64,000 bases of DNA, taken from positions 194,242-258,241 of the forward strand of contig CAVXJN010000001.1 in assembly GCA_963762165.1 (NCBI GenBank), in the 5' to 3' direction. This document shows, piece after piece, positions 23,673 to 35,323 of the stretch. This DNA is from an uncultured Gammaproteobacteria bacterium. GTDB lineage: Bacteria; Pseudomonadota; Gammaproteobacteria; JASBUN01. The notes beneath the pieces were generated by a model. The model made no database searches. It was not told where the DNA came from and was given only the letters and a program-made list of their open reading frames with translations. Positions within the stretch are counted from its first letter, which is position 1; each line of letters starts with the position of its first letter. The translations under genes and the position numbers were made by a program.

Positions 23673-26108
23673 CGGAAAGATATCCTTGTTATTTCGATCG
23701 GCGTAGCCGTGTGGGACGTTGCGTAGACGGTCGCAAACTTCGCACGTTTTCGTGCAATTACCATTTGGCTGCGTTGTTGCCAGTCGGCTGTGCAATCAAA
23801 TACTTTAATATTTGTATCTAGAAATGCCATCTTTTCATCGTACCAATTGACTTGAATACGGCCCGAACCAGGTTTTACCCCACAACGTAATGTGACTTTC
23901 TGTAAATACCGTATCCCGCCACAAACCGCCACCGTCTGAGTCGCAGGGGCGTTCACCGAAACCTGGAATGTGCCTGCGCTTACATCAGCTTTAGCACCAT
24001 TACTCAAGGTCCAACCGGTTGGCCCAGAGAGTTCTGGATTGTTAAGTCTTTCTTCCTAAATCGATACTCATCACGAATAGCCCGAACCTCGACTGAACCA
24101 AATTGGGCGATTTTGCTCGTGGCGTCCCCGATGGCGTTTCGCGTTATCGGATTACCCCACTCTTGATCCAATAACACATAGTTGACTCCATAAGCGCTTA
24201 AAACAGTCACGATGTTTTGCGCTCCCCCAGCGTCGTCTATCTTTTCCTTAAATTGATAATTGTACCAATTTGGATAAAGAGCGTCCGCGTGTAAACCTGC
24301 TCCAAACGGAGGACTGAAAAAGGCTACGGGGACTGCTCCGTATTCAGAAGATTAACAAGCTGCACCGCACGGCGAGTGGGCACTCTAACTTCCAGATACC
24401 GCTGGCGAGATATTTTGTCAAAAATATGCGCAGTGGAAAATCACGATAGGCCCAAGTCCCCGCTGTGAAAGAACAAAAGATTGAATTCCACCGTAAATAT
24501 CGCCGCATAAGTGAAACCTTCGGCGATCAGCGCCGACTCCCGCGTTCCGCCCGAAATTGCAATACCGATTACGGCAGTGAGAATAAGCGTCATCGGGTAA
24601 ACATAACGCAGGTAACTTTGGGAATAAAAAATAACTGCGACAGCGAGGCTGGCGACTAGGAATAGCAAAATCCCTTTCTTATTTCGACTCGCTAATAAAC
24701 AAATCAGAGCGGCAGGAAACAATAACATCCATTGAAACCCTCCGGCCCCGTTACTCGCCTCCAGATAATCTCCAGAATTGAATACCACACGATAAGGTAG
24801 ATCCCATGTGACGCCGGAATGATACAATAGGTTATCGAAATTGACGGGTGGAAAGTAGTGAGATTGAAAGATCGCATTGAAAAACGGATGAACCGGATTC
24901 CCACTAATAACCCATGCGGTCAGATAAGGGATAGCACCTGCAACAACAAACAGCAGGAATCCATACAAGGCCGGACGTATATTGCGTCCATCTAGCCACA
25001 ATCGAGGGTGAAATAGGACGATAGGCACTAGCGCCGGCAATATACTTAGGGTCACCGCTTTTGCGGCAGCACAAATCCGAACATTAGCCCGGCCACCCTG
25101 ATTCCGGATCGGCCTTCTTCCTGTACATGACAAAGCAGCGCTATTACACCTTGCACCACGAACGCAGTCCATACTGTCTCAACAAAAAGACTGCTGCTCT
25201 CTGTAAATACAAGGGGTGCAGATAGAAAAATTAGCGCCGTCCATTGCGCGCCCCTCATCGTTCCACCAGCCCATAACACTAGCCTGTAACCTTGCCAAAC
25301 TAACAGATACGTAAATCCAACGTTGATCAATCTTGCAGCGGATTCGCCTCCGAGCATATAACCAATCGAAAACAACCAATCCCCTAACATTGGAATCAAC
25401 GCCATGGAATAGAGCGAGGGATTGAATCCCCATTCATGCTGTGACGCCAGTTGACTTGGTAACGAATAAATGTAAGTCAACGCATCGAACATTACTTCCG
25501 GCATTAAAGCCGCCACAAAATGCGCCATCGCTACCGTAACGATTGCGACGCCCATCCAATCCACCTGACATCCTGCAGTTAGCGGTTGTTGCGCAACGCA
25601 AAAATCGGCGCGACGGCTTCTGGTATCTCCCTCCACCACAATAGCAGTGGCGCAGCCAACATCACGGAATATAGCCCAGGATAATTCACTGGCATATGCG
25701 CGAGTAGGCCAACAACCGTACCGAAAATTCCGGCGCCGATTAGAAACGACGCACTCCAACGTTCTTTATGGTCGCTAATCTTAAGCAGCTTACGAGCTTT
25801 CTTCCCGAGCACTGCGGATGTCAAAAGCAAACCAACATGTGACTAACAGAGGCCAAATTGCATTCGTCAGTAATGCGATTATGACTGCCAGTACAATACC
25901 TGCATACATTGTATTGTGCTGCAATTGCCTAACGCAGAAGACCAAAACCAACGCAACACCGAGCATTAACCCTGCGTATCGCCATAAAGCATTATCCACC
26001 CACGGCAAAACCTCGGGCCAATCTTGCTGTAGCAAGCCCGTGACGGTAAGCGTGACTCCGGCAACGATGGAAAGAAAGAAAGACGCTCAGTATTCGACTG
26101 TTTCGCAT
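23669..26108 (-). CDS. Large polytopic membrane protein, probable GT-C with soluble C-terminal domain (many frameshifts)
   Basis: Consecutive hydrophobic ORF fragments; PEVMFDAL, SGNPVHPFFN, YLRYVYP; C-terminal GRIQVNW domain overlapping the next start. Confidence 0.55.
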
Positions 26109-26218
26109 CCTGGACACTTGATTATAGTTTTATACCCGGCCGCTTTTTGAATTGGGTGCAGCAAAGGACCCCACATTATGCACGCGTAAGCTCGGCTCCC
26201 TCCTGGACATCGACGGCT

Positions 26219-26946
26219 TCAAGTAAACAAACTATTGATACCCCATAAGGCAAATTCACCGTCTTGAGTAAAAATCGTTCGGCTGAAAATATCGTCTCTA
26301 GCAGCTTGTTGATTGTTGGGGGCGGAATCCCGTGCCCAGGTGCCCTCCGCACTACCGAACATTTTGTCTTCTATCTGCGCTAGTGCGGCAACCGGGAACA
26401 GAATAGTGTTAAAATATGAAATGCGTACTATAGACAGCCCTGCCGCTCGAGACTTTCTTTCGTAGCTCACGCGTCGAATAACGTCTCTTGTGGTGGAGAA
26501 AGTGGTCATGCGGACCGTACAGCCATTGATACGCGGGAACCGTAACCAAAATACGACCATTTATTGCTAATAGCCGTCGTAATGCGATCAACGTTTGAAC
26601 ATCTTGATCGATATGTTCCAAAACATCGAACATGCATATTAAATCGAATCGTTCGCTATTAAAGCCGATATTATCGGGACAAACATCCGGCCCTTATTTC
26701 GCAGAGATTGTTGGTCTTCTGTAACGCGATCGCGCGCGCGTCAGAATCCAACTCGATCGCGCGAACTCGACCGAATTCTGCTAACATTTTTAGGTTGCCT
26801 CCCGTACCGCAACCAACTTCAAGGATTTCCGGCGTTATATTGAATTTCAAACTCTCGAGCAACGTAGACAGGATCTGCCTGCGCCCAACGAACCACCAGT
26901 GTCTATTCTCAACTTCCGCCATTTCGAGATAGGCTTCTGGGTTCAT
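26219..26946 (-). CDS. Class I SAM-dependent methyltransferase (frameshifted)
   Basis: ENRHWWFVGRR, ILEVGCGTGGNL, FDVLEHI, TVPAYQWL..HD..HHKRRY. Confidence 0.85.
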
Positions 26947-27887
26947 TGTTTTTTCCCATAGCGTTTTCTTATCAAATATAGCGGCCTACGCTTGGTCTCC
27001 ATGTATATGCGCCCGATATACTCCCCCAGTACACCAACGCTAATAAGCTGCAGACTACCAAAGAATAATACGGCGACCAGCAACGACGCATAGCCTGGGA
27101 CGTCGATGCCGTAAATCAAGGTCCTAACGACAATAAAGATTAAATAAATGACTGCAACGAGCGTTCCCATTATTCCGATGTAAGACCACAATCGGAGCGG
27201 AGCAGTGCTAAAGCTAGTCACTCCCTCCAAAGCAAAGTTCCAGAGCTTCCACCCAGAAAACTTCGTTGCCCCTGCGATACGGGATCTTCTAACATAATCC
27301 AAGGTCACCGTTTTAAAGCCAACCCACGCAAACAAGCCTTTCATGAATCTCTGTTGTTCAGGCAGTTGCTTGAGTGCATCAACCGCGATCCTATCAATTA
27401 ACCGGAAGTCGCCAACATTTTCCGGTATCTTGATATTCGAGAGGGAGTTGTGAAGCCTATAAAAGATTTCCGCAGACTTTCGTTTCAGCAGAGAATCCGA
27501 ACTTCGGTCTACACGTCGCGCCAACACAACCTCCGCACCCTTCAACCATTCGTTGATCATTGCCCGTATTAAATCCGGCGGGTCTTGCAGATCTGCATCG
27601 ATGGGGATCACGGCATCGCCAGTTGCCGCATCGAGACCGGCGGTCAAGGCGGCTTCTTTCCCGAAATTCCGAGATAACTCAATCACGCTAAACCGGAAAT
27701 CGCTGTTGGCGACAGCAACCAGTTTGGTTAACGTATCATCCCGACTTCCGTCGTCAATGCACACAACCTCGAATTCGTATTCTTGTAGTTCATCCATTAA
27801 ATGGCAGACCGCCGCATGAAAGTCCTGAACAGCTTCGCCCTCGTTGAAAAATGGGACAACTAATGAAATTGTTTCTTTCTTTGTCAT
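26943..27887 (-). CDS. GtrB-like bactoprenol glycosyltransferase (GT2)
   Basis: VVPFFNE, DDGSRD, LSRNFGKEAAL, DADLQDPP, GDFRL, LGEYIGRIY..KRRPLY. Confidence 0.92.
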   Translation of the reverse strand: MTKKETISLVVPFFNEGEAVQDFHAAVCHLMDELQEYEFEVVCIDDGSRDDTLTKLVAVANSDFRFSVIELSRNFGKEAALTAGLDAATGDAVIPIDADLQDPPDLIRAMINEWLKGAEVVLARRVDRSSDSLLKRKSAEIFYRLHNSLSNIKIPENVGDFRLIDRIAVDALKQLPEQQRFMKGLFAWVGFKTVTLDYVRRSRIAGATKFSGWKLWNFALEGVTSFSTAPLRLWSYIGIMGTLVAVIYLIFIVVRTLIYGIDVPGYASLLVAVLFFGSLQLISVGVLGEYIGRIYMETKRRPLYLIRKRYGKKQ

Positions 27888-27960
27888 AGATAGTGATTCT
27901 GCCATATCAGGTACAAATCGCTCTCGAAGCGAGAGCCTTTCGCCTTTTTGTCCGCATGAG

Positions 27961-28899
27961 CTAAGTCTTTGTCTGATAGACGGCGCGCACCAGATGATTG
28001 TCGCCAAACCTTTGGTTCGAGTCAGGCATCAGTCCTATCCATTGGGGTGTGCCGAACTGCTTCTTGATGACGTCTGGTAAGTTCATTACAAGAGACTTCT
28101 CGATCCCTATATCTCCATGGTCTATCGCATTACATGTGTACAAATATTTAGCATGAGTCGCAATCCAACCTAAGTATCGCTCAACCTGTCGCTGCGTCAT
28201 CTCCTGAAAGGATTGTTGATTGACGACGTAGTCAAATTGTAGGTTATCCAGTAAAGCAATTTTCGACTGCGGCACGAAATATACATGCCCTTCTTCGAGC
28301 TCATCGCTGCTTATCTCGCTTTCCAACAAATGCACCTTGTTTGTTCCTAGGTGATTTGTCAGATAGACGGCCGAAAAAAATAATGTTTCTTCCAGATCAC
28401 AAATGACATAAGTTGTCCTTGGATTGTAAGCAAGGTGCGCGCGCGCCAGTCCACCGTAACCACCACCGATTTCTGCGATTCTGACTTGATTTGAATTGTG
28501 CACGAGGCCTGCATCGATTACGTCGCACAGCGCTCCGAGGTAACGCAGAAGGTCGTGGCTCACCCGCCCAAATTCCGTTATAACCCCGATGCCATGCTCC
28601 CCTTCTTCGATGCACGGCACGTATCCGTCACGGTGAAAAAACCGGTATCCCTCAGCCAAGAGGTCTTTGTAGCTATCGCTCGCAAAATAGTAAGTAAGAT
28701 AGAGATCACTAGTGAGATGGTATGTGTGAAAGCGAATCCGCTGAAGCTCATCCTTCGGCAGGTCATACACGTAACGAAAATTTCGCGCAAAGTCTGTCCA
28801 ATATCGTGACGGAATCAATTCCGGGTTCGAGTGCGCGCGCGTTAAAAGGTTCTTTTTCACGTAATTGCGAACGGGAGAGTATGCGTCTACATTAGTCAT
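27961..28899 (-). CDS. Putative sugar O-methyltransferase
   Basis: IAEIGGGYGGLA, YVICDL, N..SFQEM..QVERYL. Confidence 0.75.
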   Translation of the reverse strand: MTNVDAYSPVRNYVKKNLLTRAHSNPELIPSRYWTDFARNFRYVYDLPKDELQRIRFHTYHLTSDLYLTYYFASDSYKDLLAEGYRFFHRDGYVPCIEEGEHGIGVITEFGRVSHDLLRYLGALCDVIDAGLVHNSNQVRIAEIGGGYGGLARAHLAYNPRTTYVICDLEETLFFSAVYLTNHLGTNKVHLLESEISSDELEEGHVYFVPQSKIALLDNLQFDYVVNQQSFQEMTQRQVERYLGWIATHAKYLYTCNAIDHGDIGIEKSLVMNLPDVIKKQFGTPQWIGLMPDSNQRFGDNHLVRAVYQTKT

Positions 28900-29158
28900 A
28901 GCGTTTTCTATGAAATCAAAACCTAAAATAGTGACACCTCTAACGCCGTGTTACCGACGAAGAGCAAATTGGTGAATATGCTTGCCCCGACACATCGAAC
29001 TCCACGATCGGCGACCCGCATGCTCAGAGCGTAAAGTTCTCGCGACTCAAATAAATGAGCGAAATTGATTCGCGATGGATCTTCTCTCATGCACAATTGA
29101 GAGACGACGATTGCACACGGAAATCCTCCTCAAGCCCACCTGCTTCGGCGCAGCCTGA

Positions 29159-30470
29159 TTAGGGCTCAACCTTAAAATCCGCTTTCAGCAACATCAGAAC
29201 ATATACTGCGCGCTCCGAAAGAAGATCAAATACCAATGCATTCAATATATCGTCGCAGCTTACGGTCGTCCCATCGAGCGCAGGACGACTAATCGCCACA
29301 CGAAATGAATACGATCCCGGATGCAATTCGGGGAGATAAATGTTCGCGCGAATCGTACATGTCTGCCCGACCTCTGGCGCTCGTATATGGATGTCCTGGG
29401 ATTGTGAATTGACGCTTGCAATATCGATCCCTCTACTGTTTCTGAGACCTATCCCAACGATCAGAGGAGTACCTGGATCCAGCGTCCGGTTTTCAATGGT
29501 AATTCGAATAACTACATTTGAGTTGTTATTTACCGCTAATCGTCGCCCGTAAAGATGAATCGTATAGCCCCACGCCGACGATCTGACATGTTAGATCGCC
29601 GTATCGTTGGTCAATATTCGGGATAAGTGGCTCGTCTCCGAGCGCATTTTCTCCACGTTCTCGAGCGCTCACGCCCTCGTAATCCAACCCTGCTGCAGCA
29701 GCCGATTGTCCACTGAGTCTCGCCAAGTATTCATCTACAACAATACTCGCCTCCCCAATTCCCGATACTGAGCCTCGGTCAATCCAAACCGCGCGGTCGC
29801 AAAGCGTTTTCACCGCTGTCGCATCATGCGTGACTAGAAGTATCGTCTTTCCTTGTTCGCGCATTTGATGAAACCTGAGCATGCATTTGTGAACGAACTG
29901 GCTATCCCCTACCGCCAACGCCTCATCTACAATCAAAATCTCAGGATCAAGGCTCGACTGAACGGAGAACGCAAGGCGCGCAAACATGCCACTAGAAAAC
30001 GTTTTTACCGGCTGATCAACAAACTCACCAATATCCGCGAACGCGACGATTTCCTCCAATCGATCGTCCATTTCCTGACGCGAGAGCCCAAGAAGCAGTC
30101 CGCTCAAATAAATATTTTCACGCCCACTGAACTCCGGATTGAAGCCAGCTCCCAACTCTAACAGCGCTCCGACTCGGCCATACACTTCGGCACTACCGGA
30201 TGTTGGTGTCAGCGTGCCGCATACTATCTGAAGCAGAGTCGACTTACCTGATCCGTTTCGACCAACAACACCAAGTACTTCCCCTCTCTCCACATTAAAA
30301 GAGACATCGTTAAGCGCCCAAAACTCACGTCCGTATTGGCGTCCAGGGCGGCCGATAAGGCGTTCCAAACGCGGAATCAACGCGTGCTTTAACCGATCTT
30401 GCGGACGATCATAGATCTGGTAGCACTTGCTCACATTCTTGATCTGTATCGCGTAATTCTCAGAGGACAT
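29159..30470 (-). CDS. wzt: Polysaccharide ABC exporter ATPase with C-terminal domain (frameshift near 29530)
   Basis: GRNGSGKST, FSSGMFARLAF, ILIVDEALAVGD; the shifted frame continues ..GIGLRNSRGIDI..LPELHPGSYSF..KVEP*. Confidence 0.9.
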
Positions 30471-31308
30471 CCGAAAATCCTTTACGGGTCCTCTGGAACC
30501 ACCAGTATCCAAGCCAAGCAACTAAGATGGATGCCCCCGTGTACATTAACCAGGTCCAAATCTCAAATGAATCCCCCAAAATTATGACGTTACGCGATTC
30601 TTCAATGATGAATGTGAGCGGATTGAGGTGCATCCAAAATTGAAATCGCTCTGGCATCATTGAAATTGGATAGAACACAGGAGAGATAAAGAGCAGCACC
30701 GTCGTTAATAAACTCGTGGTTTGTTTGACGTCTCGGACATAGACGCTAATCGCGGCCAAGAACCAAGCAGCCCCCATAGTTCCGATTACAAGCGGCAAGA
30801 ATACTATTGGGAACATGACAAAGGTCCATGGCATGGCCCCGTCCAATACAAGCATTGCGACCAGCAACACGAATACACTTACAAGGGCATGGAATACCGA
30901 GGATCCCAGCGCAACGATCGGCAAGATCTCCAAAGGAAAGATGATTTTCTTCACGTAGTTGACGTTCGACACGATCGATTCCGGCGACCGGTTAATACAT
31001 TCAGCGAACAATCCGTGGACAATCATCCCCACAAACAACAATAGTGCAAAGTCGGCTTTGCTTTGATCGCCGCCAACTCCCCACCGAGCTTTGAAGACAA
31101 CCGAAAATACAAATGTATAGACCGAAAGCATCAAGATCGGATTAAAAAACGACCATGCTAGCCCCATAATCGAGCCGCGGTAACGGCCCACGACTTCCCG
31201 CTTCGTCATCTGCCAGATGAGTTGGCGGTTACGCCACAACGAAAGCAGCATCGCCGCCAACGAAGCTGGATAAGCTCGGTTAGCGGACACAATAGTTCTA
31301 TTACTCAA
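30460..31308 (-). CDS. wzm: Polysaccharide ABC exporter permease
   Basis: REVVGRYRGSIMGLAW, NYVKKIIFP, SPVFYP, LNPLT. Confidence 0.93.
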   Translation of the reverse strand: MSNRTIVSANRAYPASLAAMLLSLWRNRQLIWQMTKREVVGRYRGSIMGLAWSFFNPILMLSVYTFVFSVVFKARWGVGGDQSKADFALLLFVGMIVHGLFAECINRSPESIVSNVNYVKKIIFPLEILPIVALGSSVFHALVSVFVLLVAMLVLDGAMPWTFVMFPIVFLPLVIGTMGAAWFLAAISVYVRDVKQTTSLLTTVLLFISPVFYPISMMPERFQFWMHLNPLTFIIEESRNVIILGDSFEIWTWLMYTGASILVAWLGYWWFQRTRKGFSDVL

Positions 31309-31392
31309 GTCGAGTTCCTAGGAGAGCCGAAGGTGTTGGAGTGCTTTCTGCGTAACGATGGTTTCGCACGCCGAACCTGGAGTGAGTTCGAT

Positions 31393-32286
31393 TCAGGTCC
31401 TCGTCGCATTCACATCCTTTAGCGTATGCAGGTAGTCACCGAACGATGTTCCCAACTCCTCATGCTTTAACGCATATTCGACCGTTGCTGTCAGATACCC
31501 CAATTTGCTTCCGCAATCGTACCGCCTTCCCGCGTACCGATACGCCAGCACTTCTTCTTGCGACAGCAGAGCAGCGATCGCGTCCGTAAGCTGAATCTCA
31601 CCGCCGGCGCCTCTTGGCGTGTGTTCGAGCAAGTCGAATATCTGTGGAGTCAAAATGTAGCGGCCGACCACACCCAGATTGGATGGGGCCTTATCAGGCG
31701 CAGGCTTTTCCACAATCTCCTCGATTCTGCTGACACGTTCCGCCAGATGATCTGAGCGTACAACGCCATATTTATTTGTTTCGGACGGATCTACCTCTTC
31801 CACGGCGATAACACTGCATTCCCGTTGCTCGAACACCTCGACCATTTGTTTCAGGCAGCTAGCGCCCGTACCATCAATTAAATCATCCGCCAACAGTACG
31901 GCAAATGGTTCGTTACCCACGACAGCGCGAGCGCATAGTACCGCGTGGCCCAACCCGAGCGGGCGCGGCTGACGAACGTAAATTGCCGCCACCTCTTCCG
32001 GCAATACGTTACGGACTTCATCGAGCATCTTCTTCTTTCCCGCCCACTCAAGCTCCATCTCCAGTTCTGGTGACGCGTCGAAGTGATCGGCAATCGCACG
32101 CTTCCCTCGCCCCGTTACGAAGATCAATTGGTCGCAGCCTGCTTCCAACGCTTCTTCCGCCGCGTATTGAATAAGAGGCTTGTCCACGATCGGCAGCATC
32201 TCCTTGGGGCTTGCTTTCGTTGCAGGGAGAAACCGCGTGCCGAGCCCGCCCACTGGAAAGACCGCTTTTCGTATTTTTGAACCCAT
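31393..32286 (-). CDS. galU: UTP-glucose-1-phosphate uridylyltransferase
   Basis: [29 protein letters not shown]. Confidence 0.96.
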   Translation of the reverse strand: MGSKIRKAVFPVGGLGTRFLPATKASPKEMLPIVDKPLIQYAAEEALEAGCDQLIFVTGRGKRAIADHFDASPELEMELEWAGKKKMLDEVRNVLPEEVAAIYVRQPRPLGLGHAVLCARAVVGNEPFAVLLADDLIDGTGASCLKQMVEVFEQRECSVIAVEEVDPSETNKYGVVRSDHLAERVSRIEEIVEKPAPDKAPSNLGVVGRYILTPQIFDLLEHTPRGAGGEIQLTDAIAALLSQEEVLAYRYAGRRYDCGSKLGYLTATVEYALKHEELGTSFGDYLHTLKDVNATRT

Positions 32287-32326
32287 TGTCCGCTACCTCG
32301 ATTCGCTGCACATAAATGCCACGAGT

Positions 32327-34213
32327 TTACTTCCGCGCCTTTTCCAAGGACACGACATTCCCAACTACACGTTCGGGCGCCGAACTGTGAAATTCCGGAA
32401 CCAACTGATGAAGCAACTGCAATAGTCGCGCTTCGTCATAGCTTCCGACGGCAGCCTCGATGTCACCCATTGTTTTCAGAAAGGCGTCCCAGCTAACGTC
32501 CCTGACGCGTGCCAGCAGTATCTTTTCGTGCTCAGTGCCCATCAGTTGCTCTTGTTCGTGGAACAGTTCTTCGTACAGTTTTTCTCCTGGCCGCAGGCCG
32601 GTATAGGCGATAGCAATATCCTCTCCGGGAATGCGCCCGGTCAGACGGATCATCTGCTCCGCGAGATAGCTGATCCGCACAGGTTCTCCCATGTCGAGCA
32701 CATAGATTTCTCCGCCAACACCCATCACGCCAGCCTGCATGATCAGTTGACAAGCCTCCGGTATTGTCATAAAGAATCGCGTCATTTCCGGATGGGTTAC
32801 GGTCACCGGTCCGCCCCGCATAATCTGCTCCTTGAACAGCGGCACTACGCTTCCCGCCGATCCAAGGACATTACCGAATCGCACAGTAATGAAACGCGTC
32901 ACGGAATGACGGTCGAGGTTCTGACAATAGATCTCGGCAACGCGTTTTGAAGTTCCCATGACATTTGCCGGATTTACGGCTTTGTCAGTGGATATCAAGA
33001 CGAATGTTTCAACACCGTACTGGTTCGCCGCGTCAGCAACGACGCGCGTACCCACGATATTGTTGCGCACCGCCGTTCTGACCATCGGCTCCAACATCGG
33101 CACGTGTTTATATGCCGCCGCGTGGTACACGATTTCCGGCTCGAATTCTTGCATTGCACGCTCAACTGCAAGCTTGTCCGTAACATCGCCTAAAAAAGGT
33201 ACCAGCTTCACCTGCGGCGCCATGTTCCGCAATTCCATTTCGATGGAATAGAGATTGAACTCCGAGTTTTCGAAGACCACCAGCGTTGCTGGTTTCACGC
33301 GCGCGATTTGACGGCACAGTTCCGCACCGATCGATCCGCCGCCGCCAGTAACCAGGACGCGTTTGTTCTTAAGTGCTGCACTGAGGGCGGCCCAGTCCAG
33401 TAAAATGGGCTCGCGTCCGAGCAAATCGTCAATTGATACTTCACGAAGCGTCTGAATGGATGCACGCCCGGACGCGACGTCCTGGGTGCCTGGCAAGGTC
33501 CGAAACGTAACGCCCGTACCTTCGCAAGCCTCGACAATCCTGCGCATCTGTCTGGAGGTCGCTGAGGGTATTGCAATAAAAATTAGATCAATCGCATGCT
33601 TTGTGACCAATTCCGGTAGCGCACTCACCGGCCCAAACACGCGGAAACCGTGAATTTCGGTACCGAGTTTTTTAGGATCGTCATCGGCGAACCCGACGGG
33701 TTGATAGGTTTTGCGCAAATTTCGCGTGAGATCGCGCACCAACATCTCGCCCCCGGCTCCTGCGCCGACGATCAGGACCCTGCTCCCGGTTCCGATAGCC
33801 AGCCGTTGATCCTTGTACCATCGGTACACCAGACGAGGACCGCTGATCACGAATCCGAGGAGAATTCCGTATAGAGGGAAAATTGACCGAGGCACGTCTT
33901 CAAGTCTTGTGAACGCGAACAGCAGCATCGCCGAAATCGCCGCACCTGCGAGAACAGCCTTTCCGATTCGCACCAGGTCCGGCAATGAGGCGAAGCGCCA
34001 TACTCCTCGATACAGACCAAAAAACCAGAATGCGCCCGCCTGCACGACCAAAATGACTGGCAACGCCCTGAAAGCCTGGCTGCGGTAAGGTTCCGGCACA
34101 CTTTCCAGATTGAACCTAAGCCAATACGCCCCCAACCAAGCGATCATCACCATAGCGATATCATGCAAGACAATACTCGCGCGCAGCGTGCTGCTTCGGA
34201 ACCCCTGACTCAT
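32327..34213 (-). CDS. Membrane-anchored UDP-GlcNAc 4,6-dehydratase (WbpM/CapD/PglF type)
   Basis: 4 TM segments, then TGGGGSIG, HAAAYKHVP, STDKAVNP..MG.SK, VRFGNVLGS; start trimmed to MSQGF. Confidence 0.92.
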   Translation of the reverse strand: MSQGFRSSTLRASIVLHDIAMVMIAWLGAYWLRFNLESVPEPYRSQAFRALPVILVVQAGAFWFFGLYRGVWRFASLPDLVRIGKAVLAGAAISAMLLFAFTRLEDVPRSIFPLYGILLGFVISGPRLVYRWYKDQRLAIGTGSRVLIVGAGAGGEMLVRDLTRNLRKTYQPVGFADDDPKKLGTEIHGFRVFGPVSALPELVTKHAIDLIFIAIPSATSRQMRRIVEACEGTGVTFRTLPGTQDVASGRASIQTLREVSIDDLLGREPILLDWAALSAALKNKRVLVTGGGGSIGAELCRQIARVKPATLVVFENSEFNLYSIEMELRNMAPQVKLVPFLGDVTDKLAVERAMQEFEPEIVYHAAAYKHVPMLEPMVRTAVRNNIVGTRVVADAANQYGVETFVLISTDKAVNPANVMGTSKRVAEIYCQNLDRHSVTRFITVRFGNVLGSAGSVVPLFKEQIMRGGPVTVTHPEMTRFFMTIPEACQLIMQAGVMGVGGEIYVLDMGEPVRISYLAEQMIRLTGRIPGEDIAIAYTGLRPGEKLYEELFHEQEQLMGTEHEKILLARVRDVSWDAFLKTMGDIEAAVGSYDEARLLQLLHQLVPEFHSSAPERVVGNVVSLEKARK

Positions 34214-35256
34214 GATTTCCCCTCTGCGGCCACCGGTGCACGCTGATCCACCAAGCGCGCCAACAAGGCATAAATGACCACCCAGGTCATGATCAACATC
34301 CACTGGCTCCCGTCGGAAAGGGCGGCGGCGGCAATTCCTGATGCGGCACATCCAAACATCAATACGTAGCCAAGCATAGTGGTGAAACGGTGACCATGCC
34401 GTTTGGCAATACGCTGATAATAGTGATCCCGATGGGCGACCCAGAGTCGCTCCCGTCTTGCAGCTCTCCGGATCAACGTGACCGACGCATCCGCCACAAA
34501 CGGAGAAAAGACTAAAACCGGAATCCAAATTGGGAAAGTACGTGTCTCCGCACCCCAAAGGGCTACGCCCGAAACCAGAGTGCCGAGAGACGACGATCCG
34601 CTGTCCCCGAGAAAAATTCGAGCAGGGGGCCAATTCCAAATAAGGAATCCAGCGCAAGCGGCGGCGATGATCCAGCAAACTACTGCAATGTCATAGCCGG
34701 CATTCTGCCAAGCGATGATACCGAGCGCGCCGAACCCCCACACGGCCATGCCACCGGCAAACCCGTCGATGCCGTCCATGAAATTGTACAAATTGATCAT
34801 CCAGACAGTGAACAGAACCGTCGCGACGGCGCTCAGCGCGGTGAATTGCGGAAGTGGTATAGCAGGGAGTATTTCTCCACCAACGCCTAGCCCAGCGAAT
34901 AACATTATCACAGCCGCCACTAGATGCACCAAGAGCCGAACAACGGGTTTGACACCATTGCGATCATCCAAGAACGACACCAGCGCGACAGGCGCGAGGG
35001 CCAGCAAAATCCAGAGAATGATTGGCTCGGTTCCCGGAAACATATAAAACAGTGCTGCTCCGGAGTACACGGCCAGCAGAATACCGAGCCCACCGGTTCG
35101 CGGTATGGGATGACTGTGAAGCGATCGTCTATTGGGATGATCGAGTATCTGCAGCCAGCCGCCTGCGCGTGCGAGTTTCCGGGTTGCGAGCAACGCTATA
35201 ACAAACGCCAGTCCCACGCTGAACGACGTTGGCCAGTTCCAGGTTGAAGGCATCAT
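34210..35256 (-). CDS. Undecaprenyl-phosphate sugar-1-phosphate transferase (WbpL/WecA/MraY family)
   Basis: DHPNRRSLH..PRTGG, NLYNFMDGIDG, IFLGDSGS, HRDHYYQ. Confidence 0.9.
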   Translation of the reverse strand: MMPSTWNWPTSFSVGLAFVIALLATRKLARAGGWLQILDHPNRRSLHSHPIPRTGGLGILLAVYSGAALFYMFPGTEPIILWILLALAPVALVSFLDDRNGVKPVVRLLVHLVAAVIMLFAGLGVGGEILPAIPLPQFTALSAVATVLFTVWMINLYNFMDGIDGFAGGMAVWGFGALGIIAWQNAGYDIAVVCWIIAAACAGFLIWNWPPARIFLGDSGSSSLGTLVSGVALWGAETRTFPIWIPVLVFSPFVADASVTLIRRAARRERLWVAHRDHYYQRIAKRHGHRFTTMLGYVLMFGCAASGIAAAALSDGSQWMLIMTWVVIYALLARLVDQRAPVAAEGKS

Positions 35257-35323
35257 CGCAAAACGCGCCCGGCACCGACCCGCACTGAATCTGTTACAGC
35301 GCCAATCCGGTTGTGCGCTTCGC

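Noticed and set aside
28930-29165. attC-like fragments (CTCTAAC.., CTCAAGCC..)
   Set aside because: No complete paired R and L boxes and no integron integrase in the window
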